64,000 bases of DNA, taken from assembly GCA_002633005.1 (NCBI GenBank), contig NMRA01000024.1, positions 1,207,903 to 1,271,902 of the forward strand, given 5' to 3'. Both the position numbers and the translations under genes were made by a program. The notes under the pieces are model-generated. The model had not been told where the DNA came from and searched no databases. It saw nothing but the letters and a program-made list of their open reading frames with translations. Positions 61,750-64,000 of this stretch are shown here, piece by piece; the stretch's first letter is position 1; each line of letters starts with the position of its first letter. The DNA comes from Phoronis australis. Its lineage: Eukaryota > Animalia > Phoronida.

Positions 61750-64000
61750 CAAGTACTGCCTGACCAACCACCCTCCCAGAAACTGCCCTGCTTTTGGAGC
61801 AACCTGTGAGGCATGTGAACAAAGAAACCATTTCACTATTGCCTGTAAAGCTGAACAGTTTAAACAATCGACGCAGATCCTCATCACGAAAACGGGGCAG
61901 CCAGAATAGAAACCGACGGTCATCGAGTCGCCATAGCGGTCAAAGAAAGCAAAAGGAATGCACTGCATTGAAAGAAGCGACAGTGAGCAACAAACCAACC
62001 AGACCCCATTGGACTGCGGCTCAGTAGAAGTACACGAGACGACAATAAATGTTTCTTGAGAGTCAATAATAGCCAAACTAGACATCAGACAACCAAGAAT
62101 TTCGAGACGAGTTACACTGAGGGTAAAAGCAGACACTGGTGCCAATAGAAACCTGCTTCCTATGCGATGTCTCAAACAGATGTATCCATACGAGAAGGAG
62201 TAATTCAGAGTTCCAACGTCAAGTTGTCTGCTTTTCATGGCGCACTGATAAAACAATTTGGACACCTTGACCTACCACTTCGTTTCGATGGATCTGATTG
62301 GAACACCTATCGTTTTTACATCTACGAGACTGATTACTCAGCTATATTGACTTGCGACGCTTCAGAAAAGCTTGTTATCGTGAGTGTAAAAGACAGTGTC
62401 AACATTTCTGCAATGAGTGATAAGCCAGACAACACAGTGATCCCCATACCTAGCAAATGCGTACTCCAAGAATTGTATCCAGATAGGTTCATTGGGCATT
62501 GGTGACCTGCCTGGAGCGTGCTACACAGAGCTCAAGAAAGACGCTGAACTCCTGGTCACACCACCACGTAAATACCCAGTACACTTGAAGGAAGAAATCT
62601 GCAACAAACCCGTGGAAATGGAGCAAATGGGTGTCATAGCCAAGTGCGATGACGATGAAGCTTCAGAGTGGGTCAACGCCCTTGCATTCTCACGTAAATC
62701 CAGTGGAGAACTAAGAGTTTGTTTGGACCCAAGAAAGCTAAACATTGCTATAAAGAGAACTTACCACAAAATACCCACCTTGGACGAAATAAGCCATCAG
62801 CTGTCAGGATCAGTTGTGTACTCCAAACTAGATGCCAGACATGGATATTGAGGTATTAAGCTCACCACAAGTAGCAGGCTGAAGAAGATTGCGAGAGCAG
62901 AAGGGTTATTATTTCGGTTGGAAATATGTGGCATACGGAAAGATAACGTATCGTTCTTTGGATCTATCTGGACAAAAGACGAATAAAACCAGATCCACAA
63001 AAATGCGACAACAATGCCAACAAACCTGAACCAACATCAGCAGCTGAACTGTCAAGTTGTCTGGGTTTGATTCAATGTCTCAGTCCCTACATACCACAGC
63101 TGTCAAGTAAAATACAGATCCTTAGACAGTTGATCAAGAAGAATGCTCCGTGGGAATGTACAGTTGAGTGCAAAGAAGCATTCGATTCGGTCAAACAAGC
63201 AATCAGCAAAGATATGCTACTGAGATATTTTGATCCTTGATTACCAGTAGAAATTGAAGTCGATGCGTCAATGCAAGGATTGGGTGCAGCGCTAACACAA
63301 CATGGCCGACCAGTTGCTTTTGCTTAAAAGAGACTGATTGTAGCCGAGACAAACTACGCTAACATTGAACGAAAATTACTGAGTGTTGTGTTCGGACTGG
63401 AGTACTTCCACTGTTATGTCTATGGAAAACCTGTAACACTATTCAGTAACCGTAAACTACTCCAATACATCAGTGTCAAGCATTTGAGTCAGGTTCCACC
63501 CCTCGTGCAACGGATGTTACTATGCATACGACCATACGAAATGGACATTTAGTACCGTCCAGGCAAAGAGATGGTTTATGCTAATTATCTGTCAAGAATA
63601 GCACCATCACATGGAACAGTCATTGTACATCTACATGACCCAGATATCTGAACCTCATCTTGCACGCGTCAAAGCTTCGACCCTGTCAGATATAGAGCTT
63701 TCAGTACTGCGTGAGCAAGTAGTACTCGGATAACCACAATATGCTTAACTGGTACCAAAGATGATCAGAACATATTGGTCGATGCGAGATTTCATATCAG
63801 TTGAAGATGGTGTGCTTTCCACTGGAAAGCGACTGATTGTTCCCAATAACATGAGACAACAATATCTAGAGCGAATACATACAGGTCACCCTAGTATTAC
63901 GAAGTCCCAGCAGCGAGCTATAGAAAGCCTGTACTGGCCCCACATGACTCCTGTTATTGAGCAACTTATCAAGGACTGCAAACCCTGTTTGGAAAATACT
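61750..64000 (+). mobile_element. Ty3/Gypsy LTR retrotransposon internal region, decayed, runs off the window
   Basis: Gag knuckle CPAFGATCEACEQRNHFTIAC; protease KADTGA; RT LRVCLDPRKLN, YSKLDARHGY (YxDD core deleted); RNase H EVDASMQGLGAAL, YANIE; integrase start H.GH...YWP.M. Confidence 0.92.

Overview
Animal (invertebrate bilaterian-type) nuclear genomic DNA, intron-rich and TE-rich, with one assembly gap at 23702-23761. The left third holds the first coding exon of COPS4 (- strand), head-to-head with a complete 11-12-exon LIN54 gene (+ strand; DREAM/MuvB DNA-binding subunit, ~722-728 aa). The two ATGs are 333 bp apart, and the shared promoter has a CCAAT box and a correctly spaced CDE/CHR element. 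The rest is a cluster of three divergent SLC52 (riboflavin-transporter-family) genes. Copy A (28260-34569) has two exons and one frameshift. An inverted pseudogene lies at 40249-41178. Copy B has an intact first coding exon at 46022-47290, and its last intron has expanded from ~4.8 kb to >16.7 kb through TE insertions (LOA-like LINE, RTE-derived element, ISL2EU-like element, second LINE, Gypsy, Academ remnants, MITEs). Best leads: the COPS4-LIN54 bidirectional promoter with a possible LIN54 autoregulatory CHR; a duplicated 'poison' splice acceptor inside the LIN54 CXC region; SLC52 paralogues with altered conserved pore residues; an orphan promoter island between two head-to-head SLC52 copies; and a ribozyme-like structured 5' end on an RTE-derived element. 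All calls come from manual reading and translation; no database search was run.
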